Shown one piece after another: positions 10,330-20,857 of a DNA stretch of 64,000 nucleotides. Under the pieces are notes generated by a model. It made no database searches. It worked only from the letters and a program-made list of their open reading frames with translations, and was not told where the DNA came from. Made by a program: the position numbers and the translations under genes. The stretch spans positions 17,856,001 through 17,920,000 of the forward strand of contig CM106585.1 in the NCBI GenBank assembly GCA_048013815.1. Direction: 5' to 3'. Numbering within the stretch: the first letter of the stretch is position 1; each line of letters begins with the position of its first letter. Source of the DNA: Setoptus koraiensis. Lineage: Eukaryota; Animalia; Arthropoda.

Positions 10330-12250
10330 CGTTAAAATTCATCTACAACGTTGTGATCTTCAATAGAGAAGATCGAGTGGCCATGTAAGCTCGATGTTGT
10401 GCATACAAACAGATCCGGAGCTCTAAGTGCCGTACAAAATCTTCGGGCTGATCGTTGTTCAGAGAACGATCAAGAAGATGATCAGGCAGTAGTTTCGGTA
10501 GAAAAAAAAATATTGCGACTTTCAGCCTGAGAGTGTGATAGTTGCCAACTGAAGAGTATCTTATTACCATCTTATTATTGCTTAGCCCTGAAAACAAGCA
10601 AGTAGAGAAAGGGTTGGTTTGTTGATTTGCAGACTTTTGGATAGATCCGTAGACAGAGGACTTTCGACATCCGAAAAGATGGCTTTCTCGCTTTTGCAGA
10701 AACTTCTATTTGGCGCAACGTGTCTCACATTGGCAATATTAGTTTTGACATCCGATGAACAAATTGCAACAAGTGCTGCAGAGCGTCTCGCGCGAACGCA
10801 CAGGACGAAATATGGCGATACTGGGTTTTATAAAGCGAAAAAACATAGCAATAAAACGGGCGAACTGAGATTGCCTCCCGACCTTCAACCCGGGTGCGGT
10901 AAACATTGGAAACCTGGTCAATTGTTGGAAAGAAATTCTTCTGCCAGAGTTTCAAAAGGCTATCCGTTAGATCACCCATGGGAGTTTCCGTGGTTAGCGT
11001 TTGTAGGAGCCAAAACGCATGATGGTAAAATCCGATTAATATGTGGTGCCACGATCTTATTTAGGCGAGTTGTCCTGACGAGTTCCCGGTGCCAAGTTAG
11101 CGGAAGATCCGTAGTCATTGCCGGCTTGTATGATATAACTGAGAAGTTGGAAACTGGACACCAACAACTGAGATACATCCAATCAGCTGTACAACACAAC
11201 AAAGCAGATGCACAATTGTTCGTGTTAGATAAAAAACTAGACTATACGAAACATGTCAGAGCTGCTTGTTTGCCAAAATTTGAAGGACCTGAAGGAACAA
11301 GTCCGACACCCGAAGAATCAGAAGTAAAAACTCCTGGCTGGGGTTATAAGCCTAATGATGGGATATTCCCAACCAAAATACAATATTTTGTTGCGTATGT
11401 GAAGAGTGAAGAAGACTGCAAGGAATATACTCTCAACAGTGGGAATCCTAAAACCTATGATCATTCAACAGATTTTTGTACATATGATTGGGCTTGGGAT
11501 GTGGATTATGGATTTTTTACATGGAAACCATCTGCATGCTTAGGTGATTATGGGGGACCAGGCTTATCTCTCCGGGGTAAGGGGGAACCAAATGAGCGGT
11601 GGGAAGTCCATGGCATTGCAATTGGGGGCGTTTGTGGCAAATATACCATTTATACGAGGGTTTCTAAACTAATAGATTGGATTCAGAGGTTTATGTCTGA
11701 TCATGGAATTAACGATGACTAAGACTTTAAACAAATCATCACCGGTGATCATTGGTTCTCCTCGGCGATATCTGGCTGATTAGCGACAGGGAGCTCGCCA
11801 GTCTACCTGCGTACTGTTGCGAATTGCTGCACTGATCGGCCCGACAATGGGGCCCCACCAAGAATGTAACAGCTCGATCCAACCAACTGAGGCATACTGC
11901 GATATTATGCGATTTTCTCTCTGCTCGCATTTGGGTACTCACCTTGTGCGGCTTTACCATCTCTCGTGCTAAATAAATCTTGCTGCAAATAATGTGAATT
12001 CTTTAAAATTGAATTAAACTCAGTCGTGACAGAAAGTCACGAATCTATTTTCAGTTTGCAAGTCGTAAGTAGATTGGGCTCGATAGTGTGACATTCCGCT
12101 ACTCTCACCGAATGGGTGGCTTCTGTATCGTTGAACAACAAGCGACACGCTGAGGTTGCCGCGGTCCATGTTCTGAGATCATTCCACAAGAATTGAGGCA
12201 TATTCAGTAAAGTTCATTCGCGCAAGAACACCGAGCGGAAGAGGAACAAA
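10330..12250 (+). repeat. Recent segmental duplication unit (SPH3 with flanks), near-identical to 13418-15340
   Basis: Direct comparison shows near identity across 5' flank, CDS and 3' flank, apart from small indels and two divergent coding patches. Confidence 0.9.
10679..11722 (+). CDS. Secreted serine protease homologue SPH3 (predicted inactive)
   Basis: Signal peptide MAFSLLQKLLFGATCLTLAILVL; SAR|VSKG; His->R (TSSRC); DAQLF; Ser195->Y (GDYGGP). Confidence 0.9.
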   Translation: MAFSLLQKLLFGATCLTLAILVLTSDEQIATSAAERLARTHRTKYGDTGFYKAKKHSNKTGELRLPPDLQPGCGKHWKPGQLLERNSSARVSKGYPLDHPWEFPWLAFVGAKTHDGKIRLICGATILFRRVVLTSSRCQVSGRSVVIAGLYDITEKLETGHQQLRYIQSAVQHNKADAQLFVLDKKLDYTKHVRAACLPKFEGPEGTSPTPEESEVKTPGWGYKPNDGIFPTKIQYFVAYVKSEEDCKEYTLNSGNPKTYDHSTDFCTYDWAWDVDYGFFTWKPSACLGDYGGPGLSLRGKGEPNERWEVHGIAIGGVCGKYTIYTRVSKLIDWIQRFMSDHGINDD

Positions 12251-12257
12251 GGACAAA

Positions 12258-13040
12258 GATAAATATCGGCGGGGGAAGTTCAATCGTGTGGAAAATTATC
12301 ATTCTAAAATGATTCGTTGGCTAATGATCTCGATGAATGCAGGAGGTACGAAACCTATATTAAGTTCGAGTTACTTATTCGCAGTCTAATAATTCTGAAT
12401 ACGTCGACATTTGAAAAACTCCACACCTAGATGACTACTAGTCAGGTTCGATGAAAAAGCTCAGAAAGGACTTATCAACTATTGAGCCTTGCAAGAGGAT
12501 CCGTTTCATGCGGATGCTCGATTAGTCACGCGTGATTCAAATGTCAAATGTTGCATGTCTGATGGCATTCCCGGGTTGATTAGTCATAGTACCGAAGTTT
12601 TGATCCAGAATAGAATAGATCAAGTAGGAATATTAGCCAGCTGTTGTGCAAACACGCCATGATGATGATCGTCATTGGTGGAAAAATCTCCTGACAGATC
12701 GGTGATTTGACGAAGTGCTGATTCGGTTTTTATCAGGGGTTTCGGCGGAAGAAGGTATTTCGGCTCTAGCTTGAGGGTACAATAGATTTCAACTAAAGTT
12801 TATTCTATCATCATTGAGTAAGGCTAGTTCTAGCAGGAGTACATAACGCTCGAGAAAATAAGTGTTCACTAGTTGCATCATACAACTTGTGTGATGTGAG
12901 TGATCCGGCTGTTGAATTCTCGAGTGATACCAACAACTCGCGTAATCTCGAGCATACGCAGTATCTGACCAGGTGAACAGGCAAGGCCTCTTCCCGCACG
13001 ATTCGCGCCTCGCTAGCTGAAATTCTGTTCAGCATAATCG
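12258..13040 (+). repeat. Duplicated spacer block, near-identical to 16287-17070; its last ~285 bp also occur at 10042-10327
   Basis: Shared sequence runs from GATAAATATCGGCGGGGGAAG to GTTCAGCATAATCG. It contains helicase remnants LIRSLIILNTSTFE and CMSDGIPGLISHS. Confidence 0.9.
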
Positions 13041-13115
13041 ACCATCTTAACAATTAAATTGATGGGCCATCGTTTCTACCTGCTGTCCGATCGCCTTTCC
13101 GGTATAGAACATCAG
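13007..13115 (+). pseudogene. F-box remnant (5' end of a dead F-box helicase copy)
   Basis: ASLAEILFSIIDHLNN*ID (frameshift) LLSDRLSGIEHQ versus intact F-box LPTELLLMILRHLEDYSDRYHLSLLSDRLNSVVYQ in the 28106 ORF. Confidence 0.7.
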
Positions 13116-13777
13116 TTTTTGTACAAGGATCTACCCAATGTTGCATTTACAATATTCTCTTCACAAGCAGCAGCATCATGAATGAGCATGCCAGTTTCAA
13201 GTTATGTCGCGACTCGTGACAACAATATTCAAAGCACGAAAATGGACAGCAGAGGAGCAATTACAATGTTAGAATTGGCTGCCATTAGTCAATATTGAGA
13301 TTGATCACACGCAACTTTTCTTTTCTTTCTTCGCTCTGCTTTTTTTTCCGGAACTCGGAATTTCCGATCTATCGTCGAGAGAAGCAGACAAATAAGATTT
13401 ATAGTTTTATTTCGAGCGTTAAAATTCATCTACAACGTTGTGATCTTCAATAGAGAAGATCGAGTGGCCATGTAAGCTCGATGTTGTGCATACAAACAGA
13501 TCCGGAGCTCTAAGTGCCGTACAAAATCTTCGGGCTGATCGTTGTTCAGAGAACGATCAAGAAGTTGATCAGGCAGTAGTTTCGGTAGAAAAAAAAAGTA
13601 TTGCGACTTTCAGTCTGAGAGTGCGATAGTTGCCAACTGAAGAGTATCTTATTACCAATGCAGGCAATTAGAGCAGCATCTTAGCCCCGAAAACAAGCAA
13701 GTAGAGACTGGATTGGTTTGTTGATTTGCAGACTTTTGGATAGATCCGTAGACAGAGGACTTTCGACATCCGAAAAG

Positions 13778-14809
13778 ATGGCTTTCTCGCTTTTGCAGAA
13801 ACTTCTATTTGGCGCAACGTGTCTCACATTGGCAATATTAGTTTTGATACCCGATGAACAAATTGCAACAAGTGCTGCAGAGCGTCTCGGACGAACGCAC
13901 AGGACGAAATATGGCGATACTGGGTTTTATAAAGCGAAAAAACATGGCAATAAAACGGGCGAACTGAGATATTCTCCCGATCCTCAACCCGGGTGCGGTA
14001 AACATTACTTACCTGGTCAATTGTTGGAAAGAAATTCTTCTACCAGAGTTTCAGGTGGCCATCCGTTAGATCACCCATGGGAGTTTCCGTGGTTAGCTTT
14101 TGTAGGAGCCAAAACGCATGATGGTAAATTCCGATTAATATGTGGTGCCACGATCTTATTTAGGCGAGTTGTCCTGACGAGTTCCCGGTGCCAAGTTAGC
14201 AGAAGATCCGTAGTCGTTGCCGGCTTGTATGATATAACTGAGAAGTTGGAAACTGGACACCAACAACTGAGATACATCCAATCAGCTGTACAACACAACA
14301 AAGCAGATGCACAATTGTTCGTGTTAGATAAAAAACTAGACTATACGAAACATGTCAGAGCTGCTTGTTTGCCAAAATTTGAAGGACCTGAAGGAACAAG
14401 TCCGACACCCGAAGAATCAGAAGTAAAAACTCCTGGCTGGGGTTATAAGCCTAATGATGGGATATTCCCAACCAAAATACAATATTTTGTTGCGTATGTG
14501 AAGAGTGAAGAAGACTGCAAGGAATATACTCTCATCAGTGGGAATCCTAAAACCTATGATCATTCAACAGATTTTTGTACACATGATGATGACCCTTTTA
14601 CATTGGACCTGGAACCATCTGCATGCTTAGGTGATTATGGGGGACCAGGCTTATCTCTGCGGGGTAAGGGGGAACCAAATGAGCGGTGGGAAGTCCATGG
14701 CATTGCAATTGGGGGCGTTTGTGGCAAATATACCATTTATACGAGGGTTTCTAAACTAATAGATTGGATTCAGAGGTTTATGTCTGATCATGGAATTAAC
14801 GATGACTAA
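13778..14809 (+). CDS. Secreted serine protease homologue SPH4 (predicted inactive; recent paralogue of SPH3)
   Basis: Same leader; STR|VSGG; TSSRC; GDYGGP; 4 aa shorter than SPH3. Confidence 0.9.
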   Translation: MAFSLLQKLLFGATCLTLAILVLIPDEQIATSAAERLGRTHRTKYGDTGFYKAKKHGNKTGELRYSPDPQPGCGKHYLPGQLLERNSSTRVSGGHPLDHPWEFPWLAFVGAKTHDGKFRLICGATILFRRVVLTSSRCQVSRRSVVVAGLYDITEKLETGHQQLRYIQSAVQHNKADAQLFVLDKKLDYTKHVRAACLPKFEGPEGTSPTPEESEVKTPGWGYKPNDGIFPTKIQYFVAYVKSEEDCKEYTLISGNPKTYDHSTDFCTHDDDPFTLDLEPSACLGDYGGPGLSLRGKGEPNERWEVHGIAIGGVCGKYTIYTRVSKLIDWIQRFMSDHGINDD

Positions 14810-15439
14810 GACTTTAAACAAATCATCACCGGTGATCATTGGTTCTCCTCGGCGATATCTGGCTGATTAGCGACAGGGAGCTCGCCAGTCTACCTGCCTA
14901 GTGATGCGAATTGCTGCACTGATCGGCCCGACAATGGGGCCCCACCCAAAAATGTTACAGCCCGATCCAACCAACTGAGGCATACTGCGATATTATGCGA
15001 TTTTCTCTCTGCTCGCATTTGGGTACTCACCTTGTGCGGCTTTACCATCTCTCGTGCTAAATAAATCTTGCTGCAAATAATGTGAATTCTTTAAAATTGA
15101 ATTAAACTCAGTCGTGACAGAAAGTCACGAATCTATTTTCAGTTTGCAAGTCGTAAGTAGATTGGGCTCGATAGTGTGACATTCCGCTACTCTCACCGAA
15201 TGGGTGGCTTCTGTATCGTTGAACAACAAGCGACAAGCTGAGGTTGCCGCGGTCCATGTTCTGAGCTCATTCCACAAGGATTGAGGCATATTCAGTAAAG
15301 TTCATTCGCGCAAGAACACCGAGCGGAACAGGAACAAAGGAGACACACTGTAAAGAACGAAGACTTTTCAAGAAGGCACTAAAAATATGAGCGTATTGGA
15401 ATCTGTGCGAATGAAGGAATTGATATTTGATGATAATTC

Positions 15440-16150
15440 TAGTCAGCTCAATGAGAATCAGACAAAGTCAGTCTAATCATGGGACGTCCTGGCACAGGCA
15501 GGGCGTACACTTCGGCCTTGATGGCTCTTCAATAGTTTAAAACGAGAATCTCTAGCAGCCCTAAGATACTTGTTTGTGCATCAAGTGATACGGTCATCCA
15601 TGGGATTCCAGATGAGATCCTTTAACTGGGCCAGCTCACAATTGTTAAGTTCAGTGATAAGTACAAGGGAAAGCAAATAACTGGATGGAAGTCCCAAGAA
15701 GATAATCCTCAATGACCTATTGTGCTAGTGGGTGAAGAGGAGCCGATTGAAGAAGATATTCCGATAAAGAAACACAGCTGTTCGAATGGACTTCTCCTCG
15801 GCAAGGTCTTAGGTGCAGGGTTCGAGCCGATTGTGCTTGATTTTCAATATCGAATGCATCCAGAGATAGCAACTTTTTGCAACGCAAAGAAGGAGTTCTT
15901 TTACGGACTAAAGATATTGAACGGTATTCTAGCAAGCGACAGACAATGGACAGCAACAATAGGTGAATGTCCGTTTGCCAAGCCTGATGAGCCTATTTGC
16001 AGAGGAAAGCTCGAGAGATGGAGGGATATCAAGGATCAATGACGGAAAAGTTGACGCTGTTGTGGCCACAATTCAAGTATCGCTCTCGAGAGGTATAAAA
16101 AAGCATGAGATCCGGGTGATAACACTCTTTGAGGATCAAAGGGCGTCGCA
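15440..16150 (+). pseudogene. Fragmented UPF1-like helicase
   Basis: QLNENQT, SLIMGRPGTGRAYTSA (broken Walker A), VLVGEEE, QYRMHPEI and VITLFEDQ, with stops, deletions and frameshifts. Confidence 0.85.
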
Positions 16151-17527
16151 TTTCGGGCATCTTGTTGTTACCTTTTTCTTAATTCTATCAAGATTTGTAT
16201 GCTCCGTTATCATCTCTCGGCGTAGTCTGACTCGCTTGCAATCAGCAAATCGTTATGAATAATCAACTCTTCCTTTTTCTATAGCGGATAAATATCGGCG
16301 GGGGAAGTTCAATCGTGTGGAAAATTATCATTCTAAAATGATTCGTTGGCTAATGATCTCGATGAATGCAGGAGGTACGAAACCTATATTAAGTTCGAGT
16401 TACTTATTCGCAGTCTAATAATTCTGAATACGTCGACATTTGAAAAAACTCCACACCTAGATGACCACTAGTCAGGTTCGATGAAAAAGCTCAGAAAGGA
16501 CTTATCAACTATTGAGCTTTGCAAGAGGATCCGTTTCATGCGGATGCTCGATTAGTCACGCGTGTTCCAAATGTCAAATGTTGCATGTCTGATGGCATTC
16601 CCGGGTTGATTAGTCATAGTACCGAAGTTTTGATCCAGAATAGAATAGATCAAGCAGAAATATCAGCCAGTTGTTGTGCAAACACGCCATGATGATGATC
16701 GTCATTGGTGGAAAAATCTCCTGACAGATCGGTGATTTGAGGAAGTGCTGATTCGGTTTTTATCAGGGGTTTCGGCGGAAGAAGGTATTTCGGCTCTAGC
16801 TTGAGGGTACAATAGATTTCAACTAAAGTTTATTCTATCATCATTGAGTAAGGCTAGTTCTAGCAGGAGTACATAACGCTCGAGAAAATAAATGTTCACT
16901 AGTTGCATCATACAACTTGTGTGATGCGAGTGATCCGGCTGTTGAATTCTCGAGTGATATCAACAACTCGCGTAATCTCGAGCATACGCAGTATCTGACC
17001 AGGTGAACAGGCAAGGCCTCTTCCCGCACGATTCGCGCCTCGCTAGCTGAAATTCTGTTCAGCATAATCGTCTTTCTTTCTTCGCTCTGCTTTTTTTTCC
17101 GGAACTCGGAATTTCCGATCTATCGTCGAGAGAAGCAGACAAATAAGATTTATAGTTTTATTTCGAGCGTTAAAATTCATCTACAACGTTGTCATCTTCA
17201 ATAGAGAAGATCGAGTGGCCATGTAAGCTCGATGTTGTGCATACAAACAGATCCGGAGCTCTGAGTGCCGTGCAAAATCTTCGGGCTGATCGTTGTTCAG
17301 AGAACGATCAAGAAGATGATCAGGCAGTAGTTTCGGTAGAAAAAAAAATATTGCGACTTTCAGTCTGAGAGTGTGATAGTTGCCAACTGAAGAGTATCTT
17401 ATTACCAATGCAGGCAATTAGAGCAGCATCTTAGCCCTGAAAACAAGCAAGTAGACAGTGGATTGGTTTGTTGATTTGCAGACTTTTGGATAGATCCGTA
17501 GACAGAGGACTTTCGACATCCGAAAAG

Positions 17528-18490
17528 ATGGCCTTCTCGCTTTTGCAGAGACTTCTATTTGGCGCAACGTGTCTCACATTGGCAATATTAGTTTTGATAC
17601 CCGATGAACAAATTGCAACAAGTGCTGCAGAGCGTCTCGGACGAACGCACAGGACGAAATATGGCGATACTGGGTTTCATAAAGCGAAAAAACCGAATCC
17701 TCGCATCCAGTGTGGTAAAATGATATTGCCTCCTGACCAGGAAGTCGAACCTAGAATTGTCGAAGGGGAAGAGGTACAAGGGCCAGAGTATTTTCCGTGG
17801 TTAGCGTTTGTAGGCAAACTTACGAATGATAAGTTCGAATTAGAATGTGGTGCCACGATCATACATGAGCGAGTTGTCATGACATGGGCCGGTTGCAAAA
17901 TTGGCTCAGATTCTAGAGTTGTTGGTGGCATGTATAATATTTCTGAGCGGTTGGGTGCTGTACCAAGACAACAAGTGAGAAAAATTAAAGCACATGATCA
18001 ATACACCCCACAGAGTGCAGGATTGCTCCTGTTGGATGAACGACTGAGTTGGAAGAAATATGTCAGACCTGCTTGTTTGCCACCATCTTACGAACCCGAG
18101 CTAGCTGCAGGGGTATATGTCCAGGTACCTGGCTGGGGAGTTTACATACCCGGAACTAAAGGGGTGGATGATCAATACCCGGAAATACCAAGATATATGT
18201 TTGTGCCAATCGAGACAGAAAGTGTTTGTAATACTAAACTCTTTAATAGTCATACACGCTATGATCATTTATTACATTTTTGTACGTATCTCAGAGACAG
18301 TACTCAAGAAGAGCCTGCGGCATGCACCGGGGATATTGGCGGACCAGCCTTATTTAACAGGGATGGTAATTGGGAAGTAAATGGCATAATAATTTATGGA
18401 GAGTGCCCGGGCGCAACCGCTTATCTGAGGGTTTCTCAAATATTAGGTTGGATTGAGAAGTTCAAGACTGATCATAAACTCGATGACTAA
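17528..18490 (+). CDS. Secreted serine protease homologue SPH5 (all three catalytic residues lost)
   Basis: Same leader; EPR|IVEG; His->G (TWAGC); Asp102 lost (SAGLLLL); Ser195->I (GDIGGP). Confidence 0.9.
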   Translation: MAFSLLQRLLFGATCLTLAILVLIPDEQIATSAAERLGRTHRTKYGDTGFHKAKKPNPRIQCGKMILPPDQEVEPRIVEGEEVQGPEYFPWLAFVGKLTNDKFELECGATIIHERVVMTWAGCKIGSDSRVVGGMYNISERLGAVPRQQVRKIKAHDQYTPQSAGLLLLDERLSWKKYVRPACLPPSYEPELAAGVYVQVPGWGVYIPGTKGVDDQYPEIPRYMFVPIETESVCNTKLFNSHTRYDHLLHFCTYLRDSTQEEPAACTGDIGGPALFNRDGNWEVNGIIIYGECPGATAYLRVSQILGWIEKFKTDHKLDD

Positions 18491-18519
18491 GACTTTAAAC
18501 AAATCATCACCGGTGATCA

Positions 18520-19826
18520 TTGGTTCTCCTCGGCGATATCTGGCTGATTAGCGACAGGGAGCTCGCCAGTCTGCCTGCGTACTGTTGCGAATTGCTGCAG
18601 TGATCGGCCCGACACTGGGGCCCCACCAAAAATGTTACAGCCCGATCCAACCAACTGAGGCATACTGCGATATTATGCGATTTTCTCTCTGCTCGCATTT
18701 GGGTACTCACCTTGTGCGGCTTTACCATCTCTCGTGCTAAATAAATCTTGCTGCAAATAATGTGAATTCTTTAAAATTGAATTAAACTCAGTCGTGACAG
18801 AAAGTCACGAATCTGTTTTCAGTTTGCAAGTCGTAAGTAGATTGGGCTCGATAGTGTGACATTCCGCTACTCTCACCGAATGGGTGGCTTCTGTATCGTT
18901 GAACAACAAGCGACACGCTGAGGTTGCCGCGGTCTATGTTCTGAGATCATTCCACAAGAATTGAGGCATATTCAGTAAAGTTCATTCGCGCAAGAACACC
19001 GAGCGGAAGAGGAACAAAGGAGACACACTATCAGACGCCCTAGAGAACAAAGGCCTTTCGAGTACGATCTCGATCTCGATTCGCTTCGCCAAATTCACGT
19101 TGCAACCATCATAATGATGGCATCATTTTGTTTTCATTCGGCTGCTTGTTCCATGCTGAGCGAGCAAGATTACAAGCTCGCCTGCCATGATAAAAGCGTT
19201 TTTTTCCTGGTGTGCTCGTCACCTGTTGAATTGAATTTGCGTATTGAGCGGACTTAGGAATGAGTTCAATAAGTGCAGTTAGTCTTGTAGAAGGAAATAA
19301 ATACAAGAAACTTAAAACTCTGGGTTTCCGATCTATCATCAAAAGAAGCAGGCAAAGAAGATTTATATTTTGTTTCGAGGGGCGTTAAAATTATCAAACA
19401 CCCTTTATATCCGGTGTGATAGCACTGTTTATCACTCACGAACGGAAGATTTCCAGAGCACAGTGATAACTCGTCTACAACGGTGTGATTTTCGTTAGAG
19501 GAGACCATGTAAGCTTGTTGTCGTGCATACTAACCAACCTGAAGCCCAACGTACCGCAATAAATCTTCGGGCTGATCGTTGTTGCGAGCAAGGGTTGATC
19601 AAGCTTTTACTTGCAGTTGATCGGGCAACAGTTTCGATAGAAAAAAATATAACAATTTTCAGTCTGAGAGTGCGATAGTTGCCAACTGAAAAGTATCTTA
19701 TTACCATTGCAGGCATTTAGAACAGCGTCTCAGCCCTGAAAACAAGCAAGTAGAGAGTGGATTGGTTTGTTGTTGAGCAGACTTTTGGATAGATCCGTAG
19801 ACAGAAGACTTTCGACATCCGAAAAG
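18520..19826 (+). pseudogene. Collinear decayed helicase filling the SPH5-SPH6 spacer
   Basis: In order: DIWLISDRE, GFTISRAK, PSGRGTKET (Walker A relic), YKKLKTLGFRSII (cf. YNKLKGVGFKPVM), PEAQRTAI (cf. FEDQRTII), AVDRATVSIEKNITIFSLRVR (cf. TVDAYQGRDKNYIIVSLVR), LPTEKYLITIAG, VDRRLSTSEK|M. Confidence 0.75.
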
Positions 19827-20846
19827 ATGGCTTTCTCACTTTTGCAGAAACTTCTATTTGGCGCAACGTGTCTAACATTGGCAATATTAGTTTTGACACC
19901 CGATGAACAAATTGCAACAAGTGCTGCAGAGCATCTCGGGCGAACGCACAGGACGAAATATGGCGATATTGTGTTTGACAAGGCGAAAAAACATATCAAA
20001 TCACCAGTTGCTCAGGAATTGGACCCATGTTATTGGTATGGTAAGTTATGTAATCTTGATCCCAGGTGTGGTGTAAACCCGAATCCAGTTGAGATAGAAA
20101 ATAGAGTTATCGGAGGGAAGCAGCCACGGGCGCCAGGGGAGTTTCCGTGGTTAGCGTTTTTAGGAACACCTACGGTGCCTGATAACTATGATGGAAACTA
20201 CGAAATTAAATGTGGTGCCACGCTCATATATGATAATGTTGTCCTGACAAATAAAGGGTGCCAAGTTAACAAAAAATACCGAGTCATTTTCGGCATGTAT
20301 GATATATCTGATCAGGAGAATACTTGGTGGAAACAAGTGAGAAGCATCATAGAGAATGTAGAACACCCGGATGTAGATGCACGATTGCTCAGGCTGAATG
20401 CACCCGTGGAATTTAATAGTTATATTATACCTGCTTGTTTGCCACCATATATAGGACGAGCAAATAGTAGTGAGTTATCCGAGGACACACAAGTCCATGT
20501 TCCTGGCTGGGGAGCTTACCAAATCGACGAAAACGGTGATGTAAAATATCCGAAAAAATTAAGATATGCCGTGATGACAATCAAGGGAGAGCAATTCTGT
20601 AATGATCTCAACCCTGAGATCTACGACTATAATCATGAAGGATATTTTTGCACACATACCCCTTCACCTTCGCAAGGTAATAAATCAGCATGCGATCGTG
20701 ATTTTGGCGGACCAGCCTTAGTTTTCAGAAATAATCGGTGGGAAGTAAATGGCATAGTAAGTAGGGGAGAGTGCAATTATGCAACTGTTTTTGTGAGGGT
20801 GGCGAGATTATTAGAATGGATTGAGCAGTTTACGTACTCATCATGA
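19827..20846 (+). CDS. Secreted serine protease homologue SPH6 (predicted inactive)
   Basis: Same leader; ENR|VIGG; His->G (TNKGC); DARLL; Ser195->F (RDFGGP). Confidence 0.9.
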   Translation: MAFSLLQKLLFGATCLTLAILVLTPDEQIATSAAEHLGRTHRTKYGDIVFDKAKKHIKSPVAQELDPCYWYGKLCNLDPRCGVNPNPVEIENRVIGGKQPRAPGEFPWLAFLGTPTVPDNYDGNYEIKCGATLIYDNVVLTNKGCQVNKKYRVIFGMYDISDQENTWWKQVRSIIENVEHPDVDARLLRLNAPVEFNSYIIPACLPPYIGRANSSELSEDTQVHVPGWGAYQIDENGDVKYPKKLRYAVMTIKGEQFCNDLNPEIYDYNHEGYFCTHTPSPSQGNKSACDRDFGGPALVFRNNRWEVNGIVSRGECNYATVFVRVARLLEWIEQFTYSS

Positions 20847-20857
20847 TATACATACGT

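Noticed and set aside
19495-19920. Minus-strand peptides resembling a MATH/SPOP domain (KVFCLRIYPK...TLYLLV, KIVIFFSI, SQQRSARRF), also at 25547-25813, plus MATH/BTB-like bits at 21131-21540.
   Set aside because: The + strand of the same DNA aligns collinearly, motif by motif, with the helicase paralogues in this window. The minus frames are broken, and I judge the resemblance to be an antisense coincidence. An HMM search with PF00917/PF00651 would settle it.
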